The position numbers and the translations under genes were made by a program. From contig CADBBK010000004.1 of assembly GCA_902792895.1 (NCBI GenBank), positions 60,464-124,463 of the forward strand: DNA of 64,000 bases, in the 5' to 3' direction. Each line of letters begins with the position of its first letter. The first letter of the stretch is position 1. Source of the DNA: an uncultured Bacteroidales bacterium. Lineage in GTDB: Bacteria > Bacteroidota > Bacteroidia > Bacteroidales > Muribaculaceae. This document shows positions 20,307 to 29,979 of this stretch, in pieces. The notes under the pieces were generated by a model. That model did not search any database and had not been told where the DNA came from. It saw only the letters and a list, made by a program, of their open reading frames with translations.

Positions 20307-21056
20307 ATGAACATTCGGCTGGAAACATATCGTTGCATTCCATTGTTAACCGCCATCGTGTTGACAATGGCCTTGATGTACTCATGCCAGGATGGCAAGA
20401 ACGGCAGGAACGGCAATCTGCCGCCCATCCCACCCCGCAACGCTGAGGCCAAGTATGACGGCATCGACATCTCCAGCCACCAGGGCTATATCGACTGGGC
20501 CAAGGTGAGCAGCGACAAGGACATCCGCTTTGTCTACATCAAGGCCTCAGAGGGTGCTACCTACCGCTCCCCGCACTACGTCCACAACCTCACCCAGGCA
20601 CGGCGCTACGGACTGCTCGTGGGCAGTTATCACTACCTGAGCCCCACTTCGTCGGTCGATGAACAATTCGAGAATTTTTCCAAGTATGCCCTCAAGCGCC
20701 TGCAGCACCTCGTGCCCATGCTCGATGTGGAGGTGCGTGGCGAGTGGTCCCGCAGCCAACTCATCGACAGTATCGACAAGTTCTGCCAACTCATTGAGAA
20801 CCACTATGGCGTGCAGCCTATGATTTACAGCACGATGGAATTCTACAACAAGAACCTGGCGCCTCACTTCAACAAGCACCACCTTTACATCGGCCGCTAT
20901 TCCAACACCGAGCCCGAAATCAACTGGGAGGGCGAGTACACCATCTGGCAATACAGTGAGACGGGCATCATCCCCGGCATCGACGCCTATGTGGACCTGT
21001 GCCGTTACCGCAAGGACGGGTGGCTCGATGAGATAGTGCTGCCCAGCAGCAACTAG
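20307..21056 (+). CDS. GH25 muramidase lipoprotein (compact paralog)
   Basis: 249 aa, with the lipobox LMYSC and the core DGIDISSHQ...IKASEG...GSYHYL...WQYS. Confidence 0.88.
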   Translation: MNIRLETYRCIPLLTAIVLTMALMYSCQDGKNGRNGNLPPIPPRNAEAKYDGIDISSHQGYIDWAKVSSDKDIRFVYIKASEGATYRSPHYVHNLTQARRYGLLVGSYHYLSPTSSVDEQFENFSKYALKRLQHLVPMLDVEVRGEWSRSQLIDSIDKFCQLIENHYGVQPMIYSTMEFYNKNLAPHFNKHHLYIGRYSNTEPEINWEGEYTIWQYSETGIIPGIDAYVDLCRYRKDGWLDEIVLPSSN

Positions 21057-21118
21057 TTAACAGTAAGGTTCTTCCCGACAGGCATCGCAGTCCAAACCGA
21101 CAACAAACAATCCGCAAT

Positions 21119-21670
21119 ATGACACTCATCGACATCCTCATCATCCTGATTGTGCTCGGAGGCCTCATCCTGGGCTATCAAAAGGGTTTCCTGGGCCAAC
21201 TCACATCGCTCATCTCGTGGGTGGTCGCGATTGTGCTGTGCTACAAGTGCGGCGACTTGGTCCAGTCCATCTTTCTGGCCATTGTCCCCAGCGCAGCCGA
21301 GTGGCCATTGTCAAGCATCACGGTCAAGACGGTGTCGCTGGCCTTTGCATTCCTGCTGGTGATGCTGATCATCAGATTGGCCATGCGCTTGTTCAAGGGG
21401 GCGCTCGACACGGTGCACCTGGGCATCATCGACAAGGCCGGCGGCTCGCTGCTGTTCATGTTCAAGTATGCCTTTGTGCTGAGCATCGTGCTGAATCTGC
21501 TGTATGCCTACAATCCCGACCTGGACACCTTTGGCACCAAGCACATGATGAATAACAAGCCCTACGAGTTCACCCTCGACCTGATGCCGCGCGTGCTGGG
21601 CAGCGAGAAGATGCCCAGTGACTCCCTCAAACTCTACCGCGACCTCATCGAGCCCGTCCCCATCGATTGA
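21119..21670 (+). CDS. cvpA: CvpA family membrane protein
   Basis: 183 aa. The N-terminus MTLIDILIILIVLGGLILGYQKGF is typical of CvpA. Confidence 0.8.
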   Translation: MTLIDILIILIVLGGLILGYQKGFLGQLTSLISWVVAIVLCYKCGDLVQSIFLAIVPSAAEWPLSSITVKTVSLAFAFLLVMLIIRLAMRLFKGALDTVHLGIIDKAGGSLLFMFKYAFVLSIVLNLLYAYNPDLDTFGTKHMMNNKPYEFTLDLMPRVLGSEKMPSDSLKLYRDLIEPVPID

Positions 21671-21677
21671 CAACGTC

Positions 21678-22910
21678 ATGGAACTGCAACTCACTGCACC
21701 ACAGCGGGCTAACGCTACCATTACGCTACCCACATCCAAGAGCATCAGCAACCGTGCTCTGATGATTGCCGCCCTGTGCGGAGGCGAGCCTCAGGTGCTG
21801 CACCCAGCCCTGTGCGACGATACAGCAGTCATGGTCGATGCCCTGTCACGCGACAAGGGCGGTCACATCAATGTGGGTGCTGCAGGTACGGCCATGCGGT
21901 TTCTGACGGCTTACTTTGCCACTCGACAGGGCGTTACCGTCACACTCGACGGCGTGGAGCGCATGCGCCACCGGCCCATCGCACCGCTGGTCGATGCCTT
22001 GCGGTCTCTGGGAGCCGACATCGAGTATCTGGGCGAAGAGGGCTATCCCCCACTGCGCATTACGGGAACAACGATGCACGGTGGCAACGTGGAAATGCCT
22101 GGGGGAGTGAGTTCACAGTTTATCTCGGCAGTGATGATGATTCTGCCCGTTGTCGGTGGCGGCACCATCAGCCTCACAGGTGATATCGTCTCATTGCCCT
22201 ACATCCACATGACCGCCACAGTGATGCGCGACATGGGTGCCACCGTGGAAATCCATGGAACACTCATCACCATCGGCAGGGGTTACACGGGCAACGATTA
22301 CATCGTCGAGGCCGACTGGAGTGCCGCCGCGCCATGGTATGCACTGGCCGCCCTGCTGCCGCAGTCATCGCTCACGCTCACGGGGCTGGCCAACGACAGC
22401 ATCCAGGGCGACGCACGCCTGGCGGACCTCGCAGGCAGGCTCGGTATCGCATCCCGCTTCGATGCCCACGGAGTAACCCTTGACACGAGCGGTTTTGTCG
22501 GCTGCTGCTGTTCCAGTTTTGCCGACATGAGCGCCACCCCCGACCTGGTGCCCTCATGGGCTGTGTTGCTGTGCCTGCTGGAGCGGTCCTTCCGCATGAC
22601 TGGCGTGCGCACGCTGCGCCTCAAGGAGAGCGACCGCATCGAGGCGTTGCGCGAAGAACTGCTCAAGTTGGGCTATGTCCTCAAAATCGAGAGCGACGAC
22701 GCCATCTCGTGGTATGGCGAGCGCCATGCCATCCCACCAGAGCCGCCCGTCATCGACACGCACGGTGACCACCGCATGGCGATGGCCTTTGCGCCCGCTG
22801 CAGTGCGTTTCCCTGGTCTCATCATCCAAGACGCCGATGTTGTCACCAAATCCTACCCCTCCTATTGGCGCCACCTTGTCCAATGCGGCTTCACCGTTAC
22901 TAGTTTTTAG
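21678..22910 (+). CDS. aroA: 3-phosphoshikimate 1-carboxyvinyltransferase
   Basis: I trimmed the start to the ATG at 21678 (MELQLTAP...), which removes the overlap with cvpA. The motif is LPTSKSISNRAL. Confidence 0.92.
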   Translation: MELQLTAPQRANATITLPTSKSISNRALMIAALCGGEPQVLHPALCDDTAVMVDALSRDKGGHINVGAAGTAMRFLTAYFATRQGVTVTLDGVERMRHRPIAPLVDALRSLGADIEYLGEEGYPPLRITGTTMHGGNVEMPGGVSSQFISAVMMILPVVGGGTISLTGDIVSLPYIHMTATVMRDMGATVEIHGTLITIGRGYTGNDYIVEADWSAAAPWYALAALLPQSSLTLTGLANDSIQGDARLADLAGRLGIASRFDAHGVTLDTSGFVGCCCSSFADMSATPDLVPSWAVLLCLLERSFRMTGVRTLRLKESDRIEALREELLKLGYVLKIESDDAISWYGERHAIPPEPPVIDTHGDHRMAMAFAPAAVRFPGLIIQDADVVTKSYPSYWRHLVQCGFTVTSF

Positions 22911-22966
22911 ACCTTAGCTGTTAGCCTAATTACCCTACATTCCTCCTCTCTCATCCTTGGTTACTG

Positions 22967-25345
22967 TTACCAGATTACCATAATTGTGGCATGAGGCGTA
23001 CCTGAAATAGTCGGCTGTGCCCCATGGGCGCAATAGATATTGTATACACCTGTGGGTACCCTCTGACCATTCTCATTGCAAGCATCCCATAATGCACCAC
23101 CAGTTACTGGACCTAACTGCCTCACAATCACACCATTGCGATTAGCAATGGACACATAAGTATTATCCATCAGATTGGAAATCTTCACCATCCCAGTGAA
23201 ATCCGGCTCCACAGGATTGGGAAAGACGTACACATTATCGAAATTAAGGGAAGAACTACTTCCGATAGGTATATACTCTGCAAAGGCAACATCTGTTACA
23301 ATAAAGACCCGGTCGTTGAGGGTATCGCATTCCACACTATACACCAAGTCGCTGGGCAAGTCGCTATTACTTGTGGTAAAGTGAGCATGAACCTTGCAGC
23401 CATCGTGCGAAACATAGTAAACTCCATCATTGGTGGCTAACCACTTGTCATTGTGGCGGTCAACTCCAATATCAAATACCGAATAACCCTCGCATAAGAT
23501 TTCCTTGACTGACGAAGATGCCACAATTGGGCGTATAGCCCTAGGAACAGCGTCAAACACCACATCGGGATCAAACATGAACAAGCCCATAGTGTGTCCC
23601 ACCCAGATCATCCCATCTTTGTCCTCTTCCATGTGGTTCACATAATTCCAATCCACCCTCCTGCCATATTGGTCTGAGAATTGACTGATGCCCCTAATGC
23701 GATAGTTGTCATCTGTAACATCTTCACTGCCATTATCCCAGCACAAAAATTGTCCCATAGTCTTCCCAGCAGTTGGAAAATCACCATCATTGTATATTTT
23801 ATAGTTGTTTTTCTTAGAAATCACAAAACTTGAACGCTGCATATTGTGTGTGTTTAAGACAAGAAGACCACTGGGCTGAAACCAATCTGACTTTGAAGAA
23901 GTCGTCTTGGTCACTTTATCTTTGGGAAGGACAGCAACTGGACAGTCCAGCGGATGAGTTTCATCAGTATATGAACTAACCACCCACAAGTTGCCATAAT
24001 TATCAAATGCAGGGTGAGGTTTATAGTAACCAATAGGTGCTGTGTAGTTATAATAATATGTGGACTTGAGAACATCGTTCACCACCTTGTGAAGGCCTTT
24101 GTTCCAACTGGCACGGAAATACATTGTTGGGTCAAGAGGATTGAAAACGAACTCATAACCTGATCCCGATGCGCTGTATGCCGTTGCGTCAGCCCATTCA
24201 GAGCCGTCAAAGGTGTTGATGACATTCACGGTGCTGGCTGTAGCGGGACTCATCTTGTTAGGTGCAGAATTAGACACATAGAGTTTGTTTAAGAATGAGT
24301 TGAATTTTAACCAAAATGGCGCATCAGTAGTCATCAAGTTCAACTTGTAATTAACCGATGTGCCGTTGACGTGCAATCCGTTAGCATCATTAATCCAGAC
24401 GGTACCATCACCCAGGGGGTCAGATGTAGCAAAACAGGCTGTAGAAAAAGTCTTGGTGGCTGTAGTAGCCTCGGCATTAATAGTATAGCAGTAGGAATTG
24501 CCCTCAAAGTTGGCAAAAAAGCCCGTTGGCGTCTTCTGGATATTTGTGGCCTTGGCCGAAGAAATCAAGTTGGTCGATACGGGAGCACCGCTTGAGAAGT
24601 CATACTTGTAGAGCGAGGATAGCATGATGAACACCTGATGATCGTCGATGGGATACATCTTAGCTCCGTTAAAGGTACCACTTTTCTTGGCATAAGTGTG
24701 GATGGGGTCATTGACCTCGGGCTCGCCATAGTAGCACTGGTTGTTGGACAGGATGATCATCGTGTTGCCCACAACAGCTACCGAGTTAATGGTAATACTC
24801 ATGCCTAAATCATAACTTTTTATCACTCTCATCGTTGACTCTTCAATCACCACATAGCCATATCCGATAGTAACATATGCCTTTCCACCGGCAAAGGTTA
24901 TATCATTAATAAGTTTGCTAGTGTAGTCCTGTAATGCACCATAGTTGTCTTCTGACGTATTAAAAGTGTAATTGTGGACGACTGAAGTGATGTCCTTGAT
25001 GGCACTGATATTAGTTACCTTGCCTTCGGCATCAATCACATCAATAGCCGAAGAATAGTAAGCTACAAAGAGCAATCTATTCTCCCAATCATAGTAAATC
25101 TGCCTTATTCGATAATCAGTAAGGATATTCTGCTTGGTTAACTCTACGGTTTGACAGGTGGTCTTATCAAACTGGTACAGGCGGTAACAGTTTAAGTAAT
25201 AGACCTTATCCCCTGTGTCAAACACATTTTGAATCTGTTTGGCATCATAGCAAGGGTATATTTTCCATGTGCTGGAATGAGCCACAGCAACAGTCATCCC
25301 CAACAGAAGCACAAACAAAAAACACTTTTTAATCATTGCATTCAT
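22967..25345 (-). CDS. Secreted beta-propeller-like repeat protein with a T9SS type-A C-terminal sorting domain
   Basis: 792 aa with a signal peptide. The CTD reads VYVFPNPVEPDFTGMVKISNL...GVYNIYC...ATIMVIW. The gene is AT-rich. Confidence 0.8.
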   Translation of the reverse strand: MNAMIKKCFLFVLLLGMTVAVAHSSTWKIYPCYDAKQIQNVFDTGDKVYYLNCYRLYQFDKTTCQTVELTKQNILTDYRIRQIYYDWENRLLFVAYYSSAIDVIDAEGKVTNISAIKDITSVVHNYTFNTSEDNYGALQDYTSKLINDITFAGGKAYVTIGYGYVVIEESTMRVIKSYDLGMSITINSVAVVGNTMIILSNNQCYYGEPEVNDPIHTYAKKSGTFNGAKMYPIDDHQVFIMLSSLYKYDFSSGAPVSTNLISSAKATNIQKTPTGFFANFEGNSYCYTINAEATTATKTFSTACFATSDPLGDGTVWINDANGLHVNGTSVNYKLNLMTTDAPFWLKFNSFLNKLYVSNSAPNKMSPATASTVNVINTFDGSEWADATAYSASGSGYEFVFNPLDPTMYFRASWNKGLHKVVNDVLKSTYYYNYTAPIGYYKPHPAFDNYGNLWVVSSYTDETHPLDCPVAVLPKDKVTKTTSSKSDWFQPSGLLVLNTHNMQRSSFVISKKNNYKIYNDGDFPTAGKTMGQFLCWDNGSEDVTDDNYRIRGISQFSDQYGRRVDWNYVNHMEEDKDGMIWVGHTMGLFMFDPDVVFDAVPRAIRPIVASSSVKEILCEGYSVFDIGVDRHNDKWLATNDGVYYVSHDGCKVHAHFTTSNSDLPSDLVYSVECDTLNDRVFIVTDVAFAEYIPIGSSSSLNFDNVYVFPNPVEPDFTGMVKISNLMDNTYVSIANRNGVIVRQLGPVTGGALWDACNENGQRVPTGVYNIYCAHGAQPTISGTPHATIMVIW

Positions 25346-25663
25346 TTTGATAAAATTGCCATCTATTAAAAAACAAGGTTACTTGAGTTGTCTAAAAAAC
25401 TTGGCTCTGAAAGCTAATGAGTGCATATGCCTATTAGCATAATTATGTAATTGGATACGCGGTGCTATCGATTCGAGGTTCAATAACCAAGAAGAAAGGG
25501 GTGTGTCGTGGCTCCCGTTTGGGATTTCCTGGCGTCTCGGCATTGCGGACGCGGGAAAGGCCGATGGTGGAAGAATCATGGCACCCCCCTTTTCTCGGTG
25601 CGTTCTCTGGCAGATATGAACCTTTATTCAATTCATAGAGTTTAATAAATATGTTTTCTGCTT

Positions 25664-27196
25664 CTAGTGTGTCAGCAGATAGTCGATGAGTGCCGCCACG
25701 TCTGCTATGTCCACCTCACCGTCTCCGGAGATGTCTCCAGTATAGGAATAGCGGGCCTGACCAAGGAGCAGGCAGTCGATGAGCAGGGCCAGGTCATCAA
25801 CGGCAATTTCGCCGTCACCGTTCATGTCACCCGGAATTCCGTAGACCTTCTCGGGGTCGAAGCGCATACCCCTATAGATGATCTTACCGTCCTTGACCAC
25901 ATGGCTCAGGCCGCAGTACTCCTGATAATCGGCATCGGGATCAGGCTTGCGCGTGAACGGAGTCAGCAGGTCGCCCATGTCACGGCTGTCAAAGCCGATA
26001 CCCTCGACAATGTAGGCCTGCGGATTGCCGTCCTCATCAAGATAGGCAAAACGACTGCATTGCTCTCCATCAACGAGAATCGGTTCAATTTCAACGTAGT
26101 TCTCACGGGAGAAAATATCACCACCTTCATAATAGATGAAGTAATTGGGGGTATAGAGGTAATCAATATCTGAAGCAAGTACACCGTAACTATAAAGAGG
26201 CCATGAATCCATTGGTGCAAGTGGCTTATAGAACATGGATCTTCCCTCATTTATTACTTTTTCAAGTGGCTCGCAACTGGCGCTCTTATACTCCCTGCAA
26301 ATGGATTCGTAGCCAGTCAAAAAGGTTGCCACCTCTGTTACGTCCTGACTGTCCTCCATGTTCTTTCCTGTATAATAATAGCAGATCGGCCAACCACGCC
26401 AGTTCTCTCCCTTGAACTCATAGGTATAGTAAGAACAAGTAGTGTCCCCATTATGCACTGTGACTTTTTCATTGACCCATTGCACGCCTTCACGGATAAC
26501 AGGCACATATGAATCAGATGGATCAAATGTTTTGTGTATCTCAGAACTGTATATGACCTCACCGTTCTCAATCACATAGCTCAAGTTAATAATGCCAGGA
26601 TTGACAAATCCTGTACCATTACCAGGTTTGAAGTAAAGCGTAGAACATCTGCCCAACAAACCGTCATAGCCGATGCCCTCAATCAAACACAAATCGTAGG
26701 CATAACCAAAGATATAGCGCTTAACGGTTTCCCCTTTGATGGACGCTTTGTCATTAATCACATGGCTGAGATACGGTACATGTGAAAAGAAATCAGTATT
26801 CTTAAGATATGTCGCGAAATCGTTGAAATCATAGAGTACAAATTCCTGCCCACTCTCAATCAATTGGGTAATCGTCTCATCCCCATCTATCCCGACCGGG
26901 CAGTCTGTGTATGTCTTTCCGTCAGGGACAATGCCGTAAACAACTTTGTCTTCTTCGCGAAGATAGACTGGGATTGTGTCATTGACCATGTTAATGGCAG
27001 CACCGCTAAACTTGTGCATAGCCTTATAAGTTTTGCCCCCAATGACAACGTCACCTTTCAATTCAAGGGTAAAAGGACGGTAATTGTAGGTGCATACCCA
27101 TTGTACACCCTCGCGAACGAACGGGATGTACTCCTGGGCTACTGACTGGATCAGCCCCAATAGGGCCAACACACAGATTAAAAATATCTTTTTCAT
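25664..27196 (-). CDS. Secreted protein with a duplicated N-terminal module and a C-terminal type-I dockerin pair
   Basis: 510 aa with a signal peptide. The module starts are EYIPFVREGVQWV and SYVPVIREGVQWV. The dockerin EF-hand-like repeats are GDMNGDGEIAVDDLALLIDCLL and GDISGDGEVDIADVAALIDYLL. Confidence 0.8.
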   Translation of the reverse strand: MKKIFLICVLALLGLIQSVAQEYIPFVREGVQWVCTYNYRPFTLELKGDVVIGGKTYKAMHKFSGAAINMVNDTIPVYLREEDKVVYGIVPDGKTYTDCPVGIDGDETITQLIESGQEFVLYDFNDFATYLKNTDFFSHVPYLSHVINDKASIKGETVKRYIFGYAYDLCLIEGIGYDGLLGRCSTLYFKPGNGTGFVNPGIINLSYVIENGEVIYSSEIHKTFDPSDSYVPVIREGVQWVNEKVTVHNGDTTCSYYTYEFKGENWRGWPICYYYTGKNMEDSQDVTEVATFLTGYESICREYKSASCEPLEKVINEGRSMFYKPLAPMDSWPLYSYGVLASDIDYLYTPNYFIYYEGGDIFSRENYVEIEPILVDGEQCSRFAYLDEDGNPQAYIVEGIGFDSRDMGDLLTPFTRKPDPDADYQEYCGLSHVVKDGKIIYRGMRFDPEKVYGIPGDMNGDGEIAVDDLALLIDCLLLGQARYSYTGDISGDGEVDIADVAALIDYLLTH

Positions 27197-27504
27197 AATT
27201 ATAAAGTAAAATTGTTAATATTTTTGCTATCTACTAAAAAAGTGGATGTTTTTTCAAATAAACCCGGTTCACATAAATTATTGACCTCGATGATAATTAC
27301 AAAACTAATGACTCTATAATTCGTTGTAATTAACTGAATGTCAATGATTTCAAATAACTCTTGTTTTTGTGGACATATTGTTGGGAGAGTTAGGTCTAAA
27401 TAACTAAAAGTCCATCGCGACAAGGCTGTAAAGCACTGAAACAACAAGAAATGCTGTTTTATTGAAATACATGAGAGGCTTTTCCTCTCTGTATTTTGAA
27501 GATA

Positions 27505-27912
27505 CTACCTCTTGAACGGAGCTTCCATACCGCCAAGCGGCGTCAAATGGAACATATAGACGTATGTGTTGAAATATGTTGTTTTGATATAGACACAATA
27601 GTCATCCTCGCGTAATGACGATACACTTATCGTGTCATAAGTGCCATTTACTGTCGTCGATAGAACAACCCTCGATGTGGTCATCGACATAATCACTACA
27701 TGGTAATAATTTACCGCCCCTGTTCCGTTAATCACGATGACCTGACTGTTACTGTCATAACTTATGTCTGGTTCATCATAGGGTATGAACAGGTGGTGGT
27801 TGTCTGTGCCTTTATTATGCTCAATGTATATCTGGCCTTTTGAATCATCTGCTCCATACACATTGACAAACAGAAACGAAAACACACCTAATAATATAAT
27901 ACACCTTTTCAT
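27505..27912 (-). CDS. Small secreted beta-rich protein (DUF3244-like, tentative)
   Basis: 135 aa with a signal peptide and the alternating beta pattern VIVINGTGAVNYYHVVIMS...YCVYIKT. Confidence 0.6.
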   Translation of the reverse strand: MKRCIILLGVFSFLFVNVYGADDSKGQIYIEHNKGTDNHHLFIPYDEPDISYDSNSQVIVINGTGAVNYYHVVIMSMTTSRVVLSTTVNGTYDTISVSSLREDDYCVYIKTTYFNTYVYMFHLTPLGGMEAPFKR

Positions 27913-27937
27913 CAGATAATAGTTTAAAATTCCATTG

Positions 27938-27945
27938 CAAAATTA
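27938..27945 (-). promoter_or_regulatory. -7 promoter box TAATTTTG
   Basis: The reverse complement of CAAAATTA lies 26 nt upstream of the ATG at 27912. Confidence 0.5.
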
Positions 27946-28067
27946 GCTAGAAGGAATTATATGGCAAAAAAAATCGATTCACATTTTGAAGGTGTAATTA
28001 TTTGTCATTCAGAATGTTGCTAAAATATTTAGTTAATCCGTTATTTGAAACAAGAATATAAAACCAT

Positions 28068-29774
28068 TTAGAGGTCACCATTCATATATTTTTCAATAAA
28101 TTCCTCAAATTTGATGTCTAGGCCTAATTTCTCCTTTACCAATCGCCTCTTGTAATTGCTCACCGTCACTGCGCTCGTATAGTTCATGCACAGCTTGATG
28201 ATTTGTGGCGAAATTCCCGCACAAGACAAATAAAAGAGCTTGAGGTCGTCGCTGGTCAAATCCGGATATCGCTGCTCGACAAAAGTAGCAATTCCCTTGT
28301 ATTCACCATCAACCGACAGCTTCATTTTCTCCCAAAAAGAATCACTGAGCTTGATGTTCATGATTTCGTGCCGTTCATTCATGGACTTGAGAATGCTCGA
28401 TAACGGCACAATACGTTTGACCTTTCGTTCGTCACTGGATTTCACCCTAATGTCCTGGAACAACTCATTCAATGCCGAAAGCCTGTACCTTACCAGTTGG
28501 GAAACCGAGGTATCGTTGTCATTGTTACGCTGTTTCAATGACTCGATCTGCGACAATAATTCATTTTTGGTAGAGGTAATCTCATCACGGTAGTTGCTCA
28601 CCATGCGTTGTAGGCAATAAATGCCATAAAGCAACAACACAAGCAGTAAAAACGCACTGGACAAGACAATAGCCAGTATCTTATTTCTCTTCTGCAATGC
28701 TACATTATTCTTCGTCGTTACCGCTTGATCATGAGCTGCCTCAGCCTTAATCAGTTCTTTCTCCTTAGAGTTAGAAAGGATTTGATTTGCAATACCATAG
28801 GACTTACTATCAACATTGCTATCGTTGTCCTGATAGCCCTTTTCGGCTTGTTCTATTGCAGTTAACACATCATATCTACCCATCGAGTCAACCTGGTCAA
28901 CCGGTGGAGGGGTTATTTGGAAGATATGTTTTGCTGAGTCGATGAGTCCCAATTTGACGTAGGCGAGGGCGGCATAGGTATAAAACTGTGTTTCTTTACT
29001 CTTGTCTTTGCCTTCATTTAATACGCGCATCGCCAAGTCCTTGGCTCGCTGATAATCCTTTTTATACCAGTAACAGAATCCCGCGAGTTTGGACATATAG
29101 GTATATTGCTTTTCGGGTTTACTAATCTGAGCCAGCCTAATGGCAGTGGTTAAATAATACTCAGTGGAATCAGGATAAGTCACACCACATACCGCGCCAA
29201 GATTGCCGTAGCATGAGATAAGATATGAAGTGTCCTGCAGCATTTTATAATAATAGATAGCCTCCTTGAATCGCACAATTGCTGCACTGTCTTGAGATAA
29301 CTCGTGCTGATAGAGTGTGGCTATTCTCATTTTGCTGTAGGCCAAGTTATTGTAATCATTGGGGGCAGCGCTGATTTCAGCATTCTTGTAATAGTGTATC
29401 GCGCTATCAGGATATCCCAGTTCCTCCATGACTGCTCCCTTGAAAATATTGCATCGAGTGAGTTTTTCTTGCTCAGCAGGATGGGCACAATAATAAGCGA
29501 GGGCACGATTGATAGTGCTATCATTGGTGGCCACGATGTAACATTTATACTTGGCTTGGGTAAGCAGCAGGTCGCAGTAAGCACGGTCGCCATCGTTTAT
29601 CAGGCTATCAAGGCTGACTGCCTCGATAATTGCCAATGCGCTATCCGGATTATCCCGCATCAAACTGTCGGCTGTCTCAAGACGGCTGTCATAATGATAT
29701 GTGTCGTTACAGCCTGCAACTATCAATACAAGCATTAACGCTACCATCACTATAATTGCCATGATTACCCTCAT
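28068..29774 (-). CDS. Transmembrane one-component regulator: lipoprotein-type periplasmic TPR domain, TM, coiled coil and a degenerate LuxR-like HTH
   Basis: It has the lipobox IVAGC, TPR-like helices, the TM segment ILAIVLSSAFLLLVLLLYGIYCL, and a C-terminal LTSDDLKLFYLSCAGISPQIIKLCMNYTSAVTVSNYKRRLVKEKL. The track start at 29777 is TTG; the ATG is at 29774. Confidence 0.7.
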   Translation of the reverse strand: MRVIMAIIVMVALMLVLIVAGCNDTYHYDSRLETADSLMRDNPDSALAIIEAVSLDSLINDGDRAYCDLLLTQAKYKCYIVATNDSTINRALAYYCAHPAEQEKLTRCNIFKGAVMEELGYPDSAIHYYKNAEISAAPNDYNNLAYSKMRIATLYQHELSQDSAAIVRFKEAIYYYKMLQDTSYLISCYGNLGAVCGVTYPDSTEYYLTTAIRLAQISKPEKQYTYMSKLAGFCYWYKKDYQRAKDLAMRVLNEGKDKSKETQFYTYAALAYVKLGLIDSAKHIFQITPPPVDQVDSMGRYDVLTAIEQAEKGYQDNDSNVDSKSYGIANQILSNSKEKELIKAEAAHDQAVTTKNNVALQKRNKILAIVLSSAFLLLVLLLYGIYCLQRMVSNYRDEITSTKNELLSQIESLKQRNNDNDTSVSQLVRYRLSALNELFQDIRVKSSDERKVKRIVPLSSILKSMNERHEIMNIKLSDSFWEKMKLSVDGEYKGIATFVEQRYPDLTSDDLKLFYLSCAGISPQIIKLCMNYTSAVTVSNYKRRLVKEKLGLDIKFEEFIEKYMNGDL

Positions 29775-29979
29775 CAATATCTTCGATTAGTTTGTTTATT
29801 CTTTAAACGGAAATAACGACCTTTTATTACACTCATTTTTTATCTTTCTTAACAATCATTCAATCCCTTTGTTACACCTTTGGTATGAATTAAAAAAGGA
29901 ATAGAACAAATGCAATATTGACAACGGATTGATAGTTATTATAATTGGCACAATAAATGCAATAGGAGGTATTTGAGAT

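Noticed and set aside
18708-21056. Prophage lysis module (two lysozyme-family genes)
   Set aside because: There are no holin, spanin, terminase, capsid or integrase genes nearby. Both proteins have lipoprotein signals, and the flanks are housekeeping genes (rnr, cvpA, aroA).
25379-25631. 62-66-aa - strand ORFs in the T9SS/dockerin spacer
   Set aside because: They overlap each other in different frames, have no -7 box and no recognisable motifs. The GC-rich patch they cross is reported instead as a possible structured element.
25664-27196. Evidence for a cellulosome
   Set aside because: There is a dockerin but no cohesin or scaffoldin and no glycoside hydrolase cluster in the window. I report only the dockerin itself.
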